From contig CAWHBD010000001.1 in NCBI GenBank assembly GCA_963827505.1, positions 2,310,663-2,374,662 on the forward strand: a stretch of DNA of 64,000 nt, read 5' to 3'. The notes beneath the pieces are model-generated. The model had not been told where the DNA came from, ran no database searches, and saw nothing but the letters and a program-made list of their open reading frames with translations. This document shows positions 19,301 through 29,786 of the stretch, one piece after another (the first letter of the stretch is position 1; each line of letters begins with the position of its first letter). The position numbers were made by a program, and so were the translations under genes. This stretch comes from an uncultured Candidatus Rokubacteria bacterium (GTDB lineage: Bacteria; Methylomirabilota; Methylomirabilia; Rokubacteriales; CSP1-6).

Positions 19301-21122
19301 GGTCGAGCAGGGAGTCCGGGCTGGCGTGGGTGCGCCGCTCGGCGGCGGCAAAGCCGGCCAGGCCGGTCCCCGCCGGCAACTCGCGGGCCCAATGGTAGGT
19401 GCTGCCCTGAGAGACGCTGAGCGCGACCATGCGGCCGCCCTCCACAATCCGGTAGAGGGCCGACGACCGAGCGCCGAGCAGCGTGCAAATGCTGTCGGCG
19501 ACGCGCTGGCCGACGAGGTCGGGGTCGAGCGTCTCGGACAGCACGCGGCCGAGGTCGGCCAGCGCGCGCATGCGCGTGGCCTGCTGGCGCGCCTCCCGGT
19601 ACAGCCGCGCGTGCTCGAGGGCGACCGCGGCCTGGCCGGCGAACGCCTCGGCCAGGTCCTGGTCACGGGGCGTGAACGGCCGCCGGGCCCGGAAGGTGAG
19701 CACGCCGATCATCCGATCACCCAGCTTGAGCGGGACGCCGAGGAACGTCGTGTAGCCCAGCCGGAGGTCGGCGGCCAGGTGCTCGGCGACGGCGCCGGCC
19801 TGGGCGTCGAGGTCGAGGACGAGCGAGTGTCCGGCCTTCATCACCCGGCCGCTGAGGCTCTCGTCCATGCGCAGACGCGGGCGGAGCATGGTCTCGACGG
19901 CGGTGCCGGCCAGCCCGGCCACGACGAGATCGTCGCCCTCCAGCAGGCGGAAGCCCGCATTGTCGACGGCGAGCAGCCGGGCCGCCTCCTCGGCGATGGA
20001 GGTCAGCAGTGGCTCGGTCGGCGCCATCGCGCCGATCTTGGTGTTGATCTCCAGCAGCGCGTTCAGGTAGGCGCGGCGCGTCTGCTCGTCGAAGAACAGC
20101 CGCGCATTCTCGATGGCGATGGCCGCCTGGTCGGCCAGCGACTGCAGCAGCGCCACCTCCTCGTCCGAGTACGGGCGCCGGTCGTGGGTGCCGATGGCGA
20201 GCGCGCCGATCACCCGGGTGCCGACCATCAGCGGCACCCCCGCCGACGACGCGATGCCCCGGGCGAGCAGCCGCGCGGCGTTGCGCACACGCGGATCGCC
20301 CTGTAGATCTGGGATCGCCACCGGGGCGCGCTGGGCGACGATGAGACCGACGAGTCCCTCGCCTACCGGCAGCGTGCGCACTTCCTCGGGCGTGGTGACC
20401 AGCCCCGCCGAGGCGCCCAGCGTCAGCTGCCGGGCATCCTCGTCGAGCAGCCACAAGCGCGCGACGGTGCAGCCGAACAGCTCGACGGCAGCCTCGACGA
20501 CGCGCTCGAGGACCTGATCGCCCGAGAGCGTCGCCGTCAGCCCCTGGGCCAGGCGGGCCAGCGTCTCCAGCCGCCGGCTCTTCTCCTGCGTTTCGGCGAC
20601 CAGCGCGGCCCGGCCGACGGCGAGCCCCACCTGCAGGGCCACGCCCTGCAGCAGGGTCACCAGGTCGGCGTCAAACTCGCGCCGCTCCGGCGTGACCAGG
20701 GCCAGCACGCCCCAGATCCGGCCCTCGGCGAAGATCGGCAGCGCGAGCTGGGTGTGAAACTGTCCGCCGCTGATCGCCCCTCGCAGCACCGGGTCCCGTA
20801 TGAAGGGCGAGGTCGTGAGGTCGGTGACGACGAAGCGACCGCTCCGGACCGCCTCGCCGGTGTGCGAGGCGTCCACCCGACGCTCGCGCAAGCGGTCGGC
20901 CTGCTCCGCACTGAGGCCCCGGCTGGCGATCAGGATCAGCCGCTCGCCGGCCGGATCCAGGCGGTACACCATGCCGACGCGCATGCCGGCCACCGCCAGC
21001 ACCACGTCGAGGGTCTGCTCGGCGGTGGTGGCGAGGTCACCCTTCGAACCCATGGTGACGGCGGCGGCGTGGAGCGCCTCCAGCTCGCGGCTGCGCCGTT
21101 CGATCTCGGGCCCGGACGGCAC
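13326..21122 (-). CDS. Giant hybrid sensor histidine kinase: 13 tandem GAF domains - HisKA - HATPase_c - receiver
   Basis: One uninterrupted frame. Thirteen GAF-ending linkers of the type F(A/S)xQAAxALENAxLYxE...L occur about every 170 aa. These are followed by the H-box GVAHDFNNLL, then NLILNALDAM...DSGVGM...GTGLGLS, then the receiver LVVDDEPPVR...VVTDLAMP...LVKP. The start is taken as GTG 21122, just after the pyk stop. The ORF-track extension to 22061 overlaps pyk out of frame. Confidence 0.85.
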   Translation of the reverse strand: MPSGPEIERRSRELEALHAAAVTMGSKGDLATTAEQTLDVVLAVAGMRVGMVYRLDPAGERLILIASRGLSAEQADRLRERRVDASHTGEAVRSGRFVVTDLTTSPFIRDPVLRGAISGGQFHTQLALPIFAEGRIWGVLALVTPERREFDADLVTLLQGVALQVGLAVGRAALVAETQEKSRRLETLARLAQGLTATLSGDQVLERVVEAAVELFGCTVARLWLLDEDARQLTLGASAGLVTTPEEVRTLPVGEGLVGLIVAQRAPVAIPDLQGDPRVRNAARLLARGIASSAGVPLMVGTRVIGALAIGTHDRRPYSDEEVALLQSLADQAAIAIENARLFFDEQTRRAYLNALLEINTKIGAMAPTEPLLTSIAEEAARLLAVDNAGFRLLEGDDLVVAGLAGTAVETMLRPRLRMDESLSGRVMKAGHSLVLDLDAQAGAVAEHLAADLRLGYTTFLGVPLKLGDRMIGVLTFRARRPFTPRDQDLAEAFAGQAAVALEHARLYREARQQATRMRALADLGRVLSETLDPDLVGQRVADSICTLLGARSSALYRIVEGGRMVALSVSQGSTYHWARELPAGTGLAGFAAAERRTHASPDSLLDPLIRYDEHVRETLASSTDRAVMGVPLIVRDRVVGALAVGDRTGRVFAAEDTRLAEAFADQAALALENAGLYAETTRRRREAEELTGLVRRLTESLDVNAVGACITESVLTLFTAQSSVLRLLRPDGALEALAMAGRVATVLTPGHVLPAGASTSALAIERGMAVTSLDLPNDPTLALPDEVRERMRGAGEGAQLTVPLRAKGQTIGTLSISDRAGRPFTEAEAHLLQAFADQAALALENAQLYAETARRRQEAEQLARLAQTLTESLDVTDVVSRTVESVLPLFGARSSVLMLSQPDGSLVALGLGGSTGGFDPGHVLRPGLGILGRAVAEGRPLWSSDVLTDPDVTLTEDLREVLRGSGERAALAVPLRVKAMVIGGLGVSDASGRRFTEEEAQLLQAFADQAALALENARLFSLERARRRQAAALAEIEREFAAELDTERLLDLIVERSARLFDADAALYLVDADGRLVRRAWTGEGPTSVVAVPGTGLIGAAVSEKRGMIANDYPRSPFARPDFVALGVRHAIVQPVVIAGRVHAAIAMSRNDGAEPFLPDDLGLLESFAAQAGIALENSRLYHAAETRATRLRTLARLNHLVTSSLDTADVLTSIAQAAVQIMSAPFVGFWLADEGTRTLRLQASSDSGLGGATQNASLRFGEGAVGWVAEERRPLTIDDLAADGRFVAQDWARERGLRSLFCTPILDRERLLGVLVLLREHPFRFGPDDEDLLQSFSAQAAAAVRNARLYEETRHYAERLRALEEVNRLVSSSLNVEEVLQNLARAIAQFFDAPYVSIWAFDVATQRLRRALTFGGQEVAVLLRDELALGEGAVGWVAQHREPILWTEAVSDPRFLDGDPMRQHGLNWMTAYPIAIGDRVLGAFAVHRASALPITPETSTLMGSLAAQAAIALENANLYSETSRRLTETRALLEVAEILSATLDSRRLLKRVTLKVAQVCRVDRCTLELWDGDRVVPLMSQFADGRKTPRMWEQFQSLPAEPPAAIPANAQVIETRQPLLIEDCATSTLIPAAWVEAFGLRACLIVPMLRQDRIIGVLTVDYCDRPGRFQDWQRDLALAIAGQIALALENSRLFNEAQERLRETRTLLAVGQTLSQPGPTDVLLRGVAAEVGHAFGADMVGVYLVDERREALVPAAGYHVPRDLLDFFLRNPLVLDRAPALTAAFRGAQPVGSADVHRDPGYDAEWIRGLPPFSMLFAPTLAHGQAVGALFLVWWHTGRTFAPAELRLLDGIASQVGLAMENVELARQTQSKLSETETLLSVSRAVSSTLDVQSLVRLFLRQVATTFGADTVGLWMVDETGQWLTPLAGYRVPPVQLAALRDVRLSLVDHAIYAEAARTRRPVFVADAANDPRMPPVIRERAPHRSHLFVPVVTKDRMLGGFAVVWWERRRDFTPGELALVEAIASQAGVAIENARLFEENRQRVEELSVLHELSRAVTGELERAALLEALRVQLGRVVDIRNMAVVLRVDEGDEMEVALRLIDGERDDSEPRRYAAGGVGLMTTVLESGQPLRTDDYAGECARRGVKPVAASLRMRFWLGVPLSARDRVLGMLALRSAERPFTEAEERLLLNTGHLAALALSSVRLYEDRTRAYGELSAAQDQLVRTEKLRALGEMASGVAHDFNNLLASVLGRAQLLLRRVQEPQLRQWLQVIERSALDGAQTVKRLQDFTRIRRDQPLVPLDINLVVRDALEITQSRWKEEPTSRGILVDVCTHLVEVPAVLGDGSELREAMTNLILNALDAMPQGGTLTLATALVDERIEIVVSDSGVGMPLEVREKVFDPFFTTKGPQGTGLGLSMTYGIISRHGGSIAVESELGQGSTFRLSLPRGADVQPAAPAPPPAAPPPPVRGLRCLVVDDEPPVRAVIGDILESAGHIVETFGDGGEAIARFLAQPFDLVVTDLAMPRVSGWQVARAVKQVAPQVPVFLVTGFGVELSAEERHAHGVDLVLVKPLQIQEIIDAVSDVARARGGPR
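18068..18629. repeat. 49-nt direct repeat (48/49 identical) at 18068-18116 and 18581-18629, one GAF module (513 bp) apart
   Basis: gcgcgttctccagcgccagcgccgcctggtcggcgaa[a/g]gcctgcagcag occurs twice. A more diverged third copy lies near 19091. Confidence 0.85.
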
Positions 21123-21133
21123 CCGCCGCCGGC

Positions 21134-22596
21134 TCAGCGACGCTCCCCGATGCGATGCAGCTTCATGAGGTTGGTGGTGCCGGCCACCCACATCGGCGCC
21201 CCCGAGATGATCACGATGACGTCGTTGATGCCGACCGAGCCATCGCCGAGAAGCGCGCGCTCGATCTCCACGATCATGTCGTCGGTCGTCTCGAACTTGC
21301 GGATCAGCCGCGAGGACACGCCCCACGACAGGGTCAGCCGGCGCCGGACCTCGACCGACGGCGTGAAGGCGATGATGGGGACGTCGGGCCGCTGGTGGGA
21401 GATCAGCCGCGCCGAGAACCCCGACTGCGTGAAGGCGACGATGGCCCGGGCGTGGAGCGCGGTGGCCGCCATGGCGGCGGCATCGGAGACCGCCTCCGGG
21501 AACCCGACCTGCGCGTTGCTCCGGCGGCGGCGGATCGGCTCCTGCTCCATGACGGCCTGCTCGGCCCGGGCGGCGATCCGGGCCATCATCTCCACCGTCT
21601 CGGCGGGATAGCGGCCGGTAGCCGACTCCGCCGAGAGCATGACGGCGTCGGCGCCGTCGAAGATCGCGGTGGCGACGTCGGAGACCTCGGCCCGGGTAGG
21701 CCGCAGGTGGGTGACCATCGACTCCAGCATCTGGGTGGCGACGATCACCGGGATCTTGGCAGCCCGGGCCTGGCGGACGATCTCCTTCTGCAGGTGCGGC
21801 ACGTCCTCGAGCGGCACGTCGACCCCGAGGTCCCCGCGCGCCACCATGACAGCGTCGACGGTAGTCAGGATGCCCGGCAGGTTCTCCATGACCTCCTGGC
21901 GCTCGAGCTTGGCCACGATCGGCAGCCCGGCGCCCTGCTCGGCCAGGAAGCGCCGCACCTCGGCGATGTCGGCGGCCGAGCGCACGAACGAGATGGCCAC
22001 GAAGTCCACGCCCTGCTCGATGCCGAAGCGGAGGTCGTCGCGGTCCTTGTCGCTCAGGCACGAGACCGGCAACGCCACCCGCGGCAGCGACAGCCCCTTG
22101 TGATCGCTGATGCGCCCCCCCTGCACCACGCGGCAGCGGACCTCGTCCGGTGTCGTCTCCTCCACGCGGAGCTGGATCATGCCGTCGTCCATCAGCACCT
22201 GGTCGCCGACCTTGACCTCGCGCAGCGTCTCGGGGGGCGCGACGTAGGCGCGCTCCACGGTGCCCACGCAGGGACGGCGCGACAGCGCGAACGGGCGGCC
22301 CGGCTCGAGGTCGACGCGGCGGCCGCCCCCCTCGCCGAAGGTGCCGAGGCGGATCTTGGGCCCCTGGAGGTCTTGCAGGATGGCCACCGGCCGGCCCCAG
22401 CGCACCTCTCCTTCACGGATGCGAGCGACGACCTCGGCGTGCTCGGCGTGGGTGCCGTGCGAGAAGTTGAGGCGGGCGACGTCCATGCCGGCCGCGACCA
22501 GCCGGTCGAGCTGCTCGACGCTGGAGGAGGCGGGGCCGATGGTGCAGACGATCTTCGTGCGCCGCATCCGAAGGCTCCGCACGTCGCTCCCGGTCG

Positions 22597-22600
<4 letters not shown>
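21134..22600 (-). CDS. pyk: Pyruvate kinase
   Basis: [15 protein letters not shown]...ARLNFSHG...MVARGDLGV...ATQMLESM. The ATG at 22600 forms an ATGA overlap with the uvrA stop. An alternative ATG at 22567 gives the canonical MRRTKIV N-terminus. Confidence 0.88.
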
Positions 22601-25601
<3,001 letters not shown>

Positions 25602-25615
25602 ATCTGATTATTATG
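25602..25615 (-). promoter_or_regulatory. Possible -10 element (CATAAT) 8 nt upstream of the uvrA ATG (leaderless-type geometry)
   Basis: The minus strand reads GCATAATAATCAGAT-ATG. There is no SD. Confidence 0.3.
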
Positions 25616-25654
25616 CGGCCGGTGCCTAGGGACCACAATGAAGTGGGCCCGCGA

Positions 25655-27103
25655 TCACAACGAACTCGCCTGCTTAAGCTCCTTCCCCGGCCCTCCATCG
25701 TCGAGGACCCGGGACGCGGTCAGCCCGAGCGGCAGCGCGACCAGGGCCGGGTACCGCGCCAGCGTTTCCAGCCAGATCCCACCACCGGGCACCAGCACCG
25801 GCAGCGCCGCCAGCGCCACGAACACGGCGGCGCCGACGCTGGAGCCGGCCAGGGCGGCCGCCCGACCGTCGGCCAGCCGCGCCGGTGTCCACGCCGCCGC
25901 CGCCAGCCCGAGGCCGAGCAGGAGCAGCCGCCAGGGGTCCGGCGACCAGGCGGCGAGCGCGGTGGCCCCGGCGACCACGGCCGCCCACACCGCGGGGCGG
26001 GACCCAGCGGTGACGGCCAGCCGCCCGCGCAGGGCGATGGCCGCCGTCACCAGGAGCACACCCACCGCGCCGAGCACGAGCGCGGCCAGCACAGCGCCGG
26101 AATGCACACCGAGGGCGCGCGGCGGCAGGCGGAGCAGGGGCGCCAGCGTCGAGCCGCCGAGGGCGAGGTCGGGGGCTGCCGCGCCGGCGTACACGCCCCA
26201 GCCGACCGCGGCGGTCACCGTGGCCATCAGCACGAGCGGCCCCGCGGCCGCCGGGCGGCCCCGGCCATCCAGCGGCGGGACGAGCGCCAACGCGCCACCG
26301 ACGAGCGTGACGAGGGCGCCGAGCGCGGCGGGCAGCATCCATGGACCGCGGGTCGGCGCGTCGGCCCAAGCCACGCCGGTGGCCGGCGCGCTCGGCACGC
26401 GGCGGCCGGCCTCGAAGCGTAGCCGCGCGCCCGCCTCGACCGCGAGCTCGTCGCCGGGTCGCAGCGTGAGCGTCTCGCCGGCGCCCAGCCGCCACTCGCG
26501 CACCGTTGGCGGCGTCGCGTCCCGCTCGACGACGCGATAGAGGCCGGCCGAGAGCACGGTCACGCGCTGGCCCTCGGTGAAGCTCAGCCGGGCCGGGCGC
26601 GGGAACCGCTCGCCCGTCTGCACCCACCCGCTCGCGTCGGGAAACGTGAGCGCCGCCGGCCGGCCGCCGTGGCTCCACGCGGTCCACGGCGCGGCCCACG
26701 TGCGCGAGGCCACCGCGGCGAGCGGCAGGACGAGCCCGAGGGCCGCGAGCACGAGCACGGCGGGCCCGATGCGCCGTGCGGCCGGTAGCAGCGGCACCAG
26801 CACCGCCAGAGCGGCGGCCGCCCCTACGCCCACCCACGGGCCCGCGCCGAGCAACCCGGCGGCGTCGCCGGCGACCGCGAAGTCGGCGGCCAGCCCGAGC
26901 GTGATAGCGAGCACGGCGGCGGTGGCGGTGACGGGGTTCGCGCCGAGCGGGCGGCGGGTGGCGGCCAGCAGCGCGACGAGCGGCGCGACGAGCGCGCCGA
27001 GCGCCAGCCACGGCGCCTCGGCGTCGCCGGCGGCCACGCGCAGGACCACGGCCGTCAGCAGCACGGGCTGCAGCCAGACGGCGGCGGCGGCCAGCGCGGT
27101 CAT
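25655..27103 (-). CDS. Uncharacterised polytopic membrane protein with a central soluble (beta-rich) domain
   Basis: The ATG at 27103 forms an ATGA overlap with the upstream small ORF. Ala/Leu-rich TM segments flank WSHGGRPAALTFPDASGWVQTGERFPRPARLSFTEGQRVTVLSAGLYRVVERD...LTLRPGDELAVEAGARLRFEAG. Confidence 0.6.
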   Translation of the reverse strand: MTALAAAAVWLQPVLLTAVVLRVAAGDAEAPWLALGALVAPLVALLAATRRPLGANPVTATAAVLAITLGLAADFAVAGDAAGLLGAGPWVGVGAAAALAVLVPLLPAARRIGPAVLVLAALGLVLPLAAVASRTWAAPWTAWSHGGRPAALTFPDASGWVQTGERFPRPARLSFTEGQRVTVLSAGLYRVVERDATPPTVREWRLGAGETLTLRPGDELAVEAGARLRFEAGRRVPSAPATGVAWADAPTRGPWMLPAALGALVTLVGGALALVPPLDGRGRPAAAGPLVLMATVTAAVGWGVYAGAAAPDLALGGSTLAPLLRLPPRALGVHSGAVLAALVLGAVGVLLVTAAIALRGRLAVTAGSRPAVWAAVVAGATALAAWSPDPWRLLLLGLGLAAAAWTPARLADGRAAALAGSSVGAAVFVALAALPVLVPGGGIWLETLARYPALVALPLGLTASRVLDDGGPGKELKQASSL

Positions 27104-27300
27104 TCGCCGCGCACGAGGACGCCGATGGCGATGCCCGTCGCCAGCAGGGGCGCGACGAGGCCGACGTACCACCAGAGCAGGCTGACGCCGGCCAGGCGGA
27201 CGGCCCCAGGAGCGGCGGGCGCGAGGGCCAGCAACGGAGCGCCGGCGAGCAGGGCGAGCAGGACGAGGATCGCCGTCCGACGCCGGCGAGGCACTGACAT
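27100..27300 (-). CDS. Small (66 aa) two-TM membrane protein, translationally coupled to the 25655..27103 gene
   Basis: MSVPRRRRTAILVLLALLAGAPLLALAP...LLWWYVGLVAPLLATGIAIGVLV. The stop overlaps the next start. Confidence 0.5.
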   Translation of the reverse strand: MSVPRRRRTAILVLLALLAGAPLLALAPAAPGAVRLAGVSLLWWYVGLVAPLLATGIAIGVLVRGE

Positions 27301-27314
27301 CGGGCGGGATTATA
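27301..27314 (-). promoter_or_regulatory. Consensus -10 hexamer TATAAT 8 nt upstream of the ATG at 27300 (leaderless-type promoter)
   Basis: The minus strand reads GTTATAATCCCGCCCG-ATG. There is no SD between the hexamer and the start. Confidence 0.4.
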
Positions 27315-27386
27315 ACGCGAGGGGCTTCCCCGAATCGGTATGCTGGCAGTCGACGTCTCAAACAGACTGCCTGGAGAGGAGCGTGC

Positions 27387-28082
27387 ATGGCCGACACGAT
27401 CCAGCGCGTGCTCGTGGTGACAGCGCACCCCGACGACTCGGAATTCGGCGCGGGTGGCACCATCGCCAAGCTCGCCAAGGACGGCTGCGAGATCACCTAC
27501 ATCATCGTCACCAACGGTAACAAGGGCTCGAGCGACCGCACGATGACGCCGGAGCGGCTGGCCGCCATCCGGGCCGAGGAGCAGCGCAATGCCGCCCGTA
27601 CCCTGGGCGTGGCCCGCGTGGAGTTCCTGGGCTACCCGGACGGCGAGGTGGAGGACACGCGCGAGGTCCGCCGCGAGGTGACGCGGCACATCCGCCGGTG
27701 GCGGCCGGACCTGCTCATCTGCCAGAGCCCCGCCCGCACCTACAACCTGGGCGCCTCCCACCGCGACCATCGCACCGTGGGAGGCGTGGCGCTCGACTGC
27801 GTCTATCCCCTCGCCCGCGATCACATGGCCTTCCCCGAGCTGATGCCCGAGCTCGAGCCGCACAAGGTGCGGCAGGTCTACGTGATGCAGTGGCAGAACC
27901 CGCAGCTCGTCCTCGACATCTCCGACGTCATCGACCTCAAGCTGCGCGCGCTGGCCTGCCACGCCAGCCAGTTCGCCGATTTCAAGGCGGTCGAGAAGCG
28001 CGTGCGCGAGCGCTCCGGCGAGATCGGCCAGGCCAAGGGCTTCGCCCACGCCGAGGGGTTCGATCACATCGTGCTGCCGTGA
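27387..28082 (+). CDS. PIG-L/LmbE-family N-acetylglucosaminyl deacetylase (MshB/BshB/Mca-like)
   Basis: VLVVTAHPDDSEFGAGGT...YPDGEV...HRDH motifs. SD GGAGAGGAG. Intact 231-aa ORF. Confidence 0.88.
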   Translation: MADTIQRVLVVTAHPDDSEFGAGGTIAKLAKDGCEITYIIVTNGNKGSSDRTMTPERLAAIRAEEQRNAARTLGVARVEFLGYPDGEVEDTREVRREVTRHIRRWRPDLLICQSPARTYNLGASHRDHRTVGGVALDCVYPLARDHMAFPELMPELEPHKVRQVYVMQWQNPQLVLDISDVIDLKLRALACHASQFADFKAVEKRVRERSGEIGQAKGFAHAEGFDHIVLP

Positions 28083-28819
28083 AGCTCACCGCGGGAGGGC
28101 TGGTCGCGCTCAGCCTGGGGCTTGCCGCCGGCGGCATCGGCGCCTACGTGCTGCTCTTTCGGGTGGCCGCCGTGCGCAACCACCCCGAGGGCTACGTCGT
28201 CGCGATGGGGCTGGCCACGGCCCTGGCGGCGGTGGCGCTGGCCCGCGCGCGGCGCTGGTTCACGTGGCTGGGGCTGGGGGTGACGGTCATCCTCCTGGTG
28301 GGCAGCGTCTTCTTCAACTTCGTCGCCGCCCGCGTGCCCACGACGCCGACGGCCCTGAAGGTGGGCGAGCCGGCCCCGGACTTCACGTTGTCCGACGCCG
28401 CGGGCCGGTCCGTCACCCTCAGCGACTTCCGCGGCAAGAAACCGGTCGTCCTCGTCTTCTACCGCGGCGCCTGGTGACCGTTCTGCGTCGCGGAGCTCCA
28501 AGGTCTTGGAGCGGCACTGTCGGAGGCGGAGAAGGCCGGGGTCGAGATCATCGCACTGTCGCCCGATCCCAACGAGCACAGCCAGCGGCTCGCCGAGGGG
28601 CTGCGCCTGGCCTATCGGTTCGTCTCCGATCGCGACCTGACGGTGACCCGCCGCTACGGGCTGGTGCACCCGCGCGGCGGCTCGGAGGGGCAGGACGTGC
28701 CGCGCCCGGCCACGGTAGTGCTCGACCGCAACGGCGTCGTGCGCTGGTTCTCGGTCACTGCCAACTTCCAGGTGCGGCCCGATGCCGCCGACGTCCTGCG
28801 CGCCGTGCGCGCGCTCTAG
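28079..28819 (+). CDS. Membrane-anchored (3 TM) peroxiredoxin-like protein with W-U-P-F-C motif; in-frame TGA at 28475-28477 proposed to be read as selenocysteine
   Basis: GTG 28079 (GTGA overlap with the PIG-L stop) opens ...[49 protein letters not shown]...IIALSPD...ATVVLDRNGVVRWF... ending at TAG 28817-28819. The 114 codons after the TGA stay in frame. Confidence 0.7.
28495..28512 (+). promoter_or_regulatory. SECIS-like hairpin: 7-bp stem GCUCCAA/UUGGAGC with GGUC tetraloop
   Basis: The stem starts 18 nt and the loop 25 nt after the UGA. The loop sequence is identical to the E. coli fdhF SECIS apical loop. Confidence 0.55.
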
Positions 28820-28826
28820 GACCGCC

Positions 28827-29786
28827 GTGACCGAGCAGGCGCTGATGCTGGCCCGGCTGGCGACCACCTCTGCGATGCTGCGCGAGCTGACCATCGACGT
28901 GACGGCCGAGCAGGCGGCGCGGCCGCCGGCGCCCGGCGAGTGGTCGGTGCTCGAAATCGTACGCCACCTCGTCGAGGGCGACCGCGACACCCTGCTGCCG
29001 CGGCTCCGGCGGATGCTGGCCGAGATGCGGCCCGTGTTTGCGCCGAGGGTCAGCGACGCCGGCGACACCAGTGACGTGACCACGCTCGTGGCCGCGCACG
29101 GCTCGGCCCGCGCCGAGGTGCTGAAGATCCTGGGCGGCCTCGACGCGGCCGGCTGGCGGCGCGAGGGCGTGAGCCCCAGCCGCGGCGTCCTCACCGTCGA
29201 GGGCTACGTGCGCAGCACCGATGCCCACGATACCGAGCACCTGCGGCAGATCCACGAGGCGCGGGCCCGGCTCGGCCTGCGGCCCAAGCGGTGCGAGGCG
29301 CGGGCGCCGCTGGCCGTGCCCGAGCTGATCGCGGCAATGACGGCGGCGGCGGGACGGCTGCGCGCAGTGGCGGCCGGCCTCGACGAGGCGCAGCGCCGCC
29401 AGCGTCCGCTCCCGGCCGAGTGGGGTCTGAACGAGGTGATGGCCCACCTGCTCCACGTCGAGACGAAGCTGTTCCTGCCCCGCCTGCGGCGCATCGCCGC
29501 CGAGGACTGTCCGACCTTCGCGCCGTTCAGCCCCGAGGCGTGGGCGCGGGAGCGCGATCACGGCCTGACGCCGTTCGACGACTCGCTGGTTGCCTTCGAG
29601 CGCGCGCGGGCCGAGACCATCACCTTTCTGCGTGCGCTGCCGGCGGGCGCCGGCGAGCGCCCCGCCGTCTCCGGCTTCTTCGGGCCGATGACGCTGTTGC
29701 AGTACGCGACCCACGCCGCCGACCACGACGTCGAGCACCTCGCCCAGATGGCGCGGGCCCGGGCGACCGCGCTGGGCCCGCGCTGA
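28827..29786 (+). CDS. Tandem double DinB-family (DinB_2-like) protein
   Basis: There are two homologous halves: EWSVLEIVRHLVEGDRDTLLPRLRRMLAE..RPVFAP...DAHDTEHLRQI, and EWGLNEVMAHLLHVETKLFLPRLRRIAAEDCPTFAP...AADHDVEHLAQM. The start is taken as GTG 28827, after the upstream TAG. Confidence 0.75.
   Translation: MTEQALMLARLATTSAMLRELTIDVTAEQAARPPAPGEWSVLEIVRHLVEGDRDTLLPRLRRMLAEMRPVFAPRVSDAGDTSDVTTLVAAHGSARAEVLKILGGLDAAGWRREGVSPSRGVLTVEGYVRSTDAHDTEHLRQIHEARARLGLRPKRCEARAPLAVPELIAAMTAAAGRLRAVAAGLDEAQRRQRPLPAEWGLNEVMAHLLHVETKLFLPRLRRIAAEDCPTFAPFSPEAWARERDHGLTPFDDSLVAFERARAETITFLRALPAGAGERPAVSGFFGPMTLLQYATHAADHDVEHLAQMARARATALGPR

Noticed and set aside
21123-22061. N-terminal 313-aa extension of the giant kinase ORF (track start 22061).
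   Set aside because: The extension overlaps pyk in another frame and translates to Arg/Gly/Pro-rich nonsense. The recognisable sequence begins just after the pyk stop.
25640-25680. Possible LexA/SOS box upstream of uvrA (GAGTTCGTTGTGATCG on the minus strand).
   Set aside because: It is not a proper inverted repeat of any SOS-box type I know. It lies 50-68 nt upstream of the start, inside the preceding coding region, and does not overlap the putative -10.
27335-27360. Sigma-54-like TGGCA motif (ctggcagtcgacgtctc) in the 27301-27386 divergent spacer.
   Set aside because: The -12 element (TTGCW) is absent, leaving only the GG half. That is not enough to support a call.
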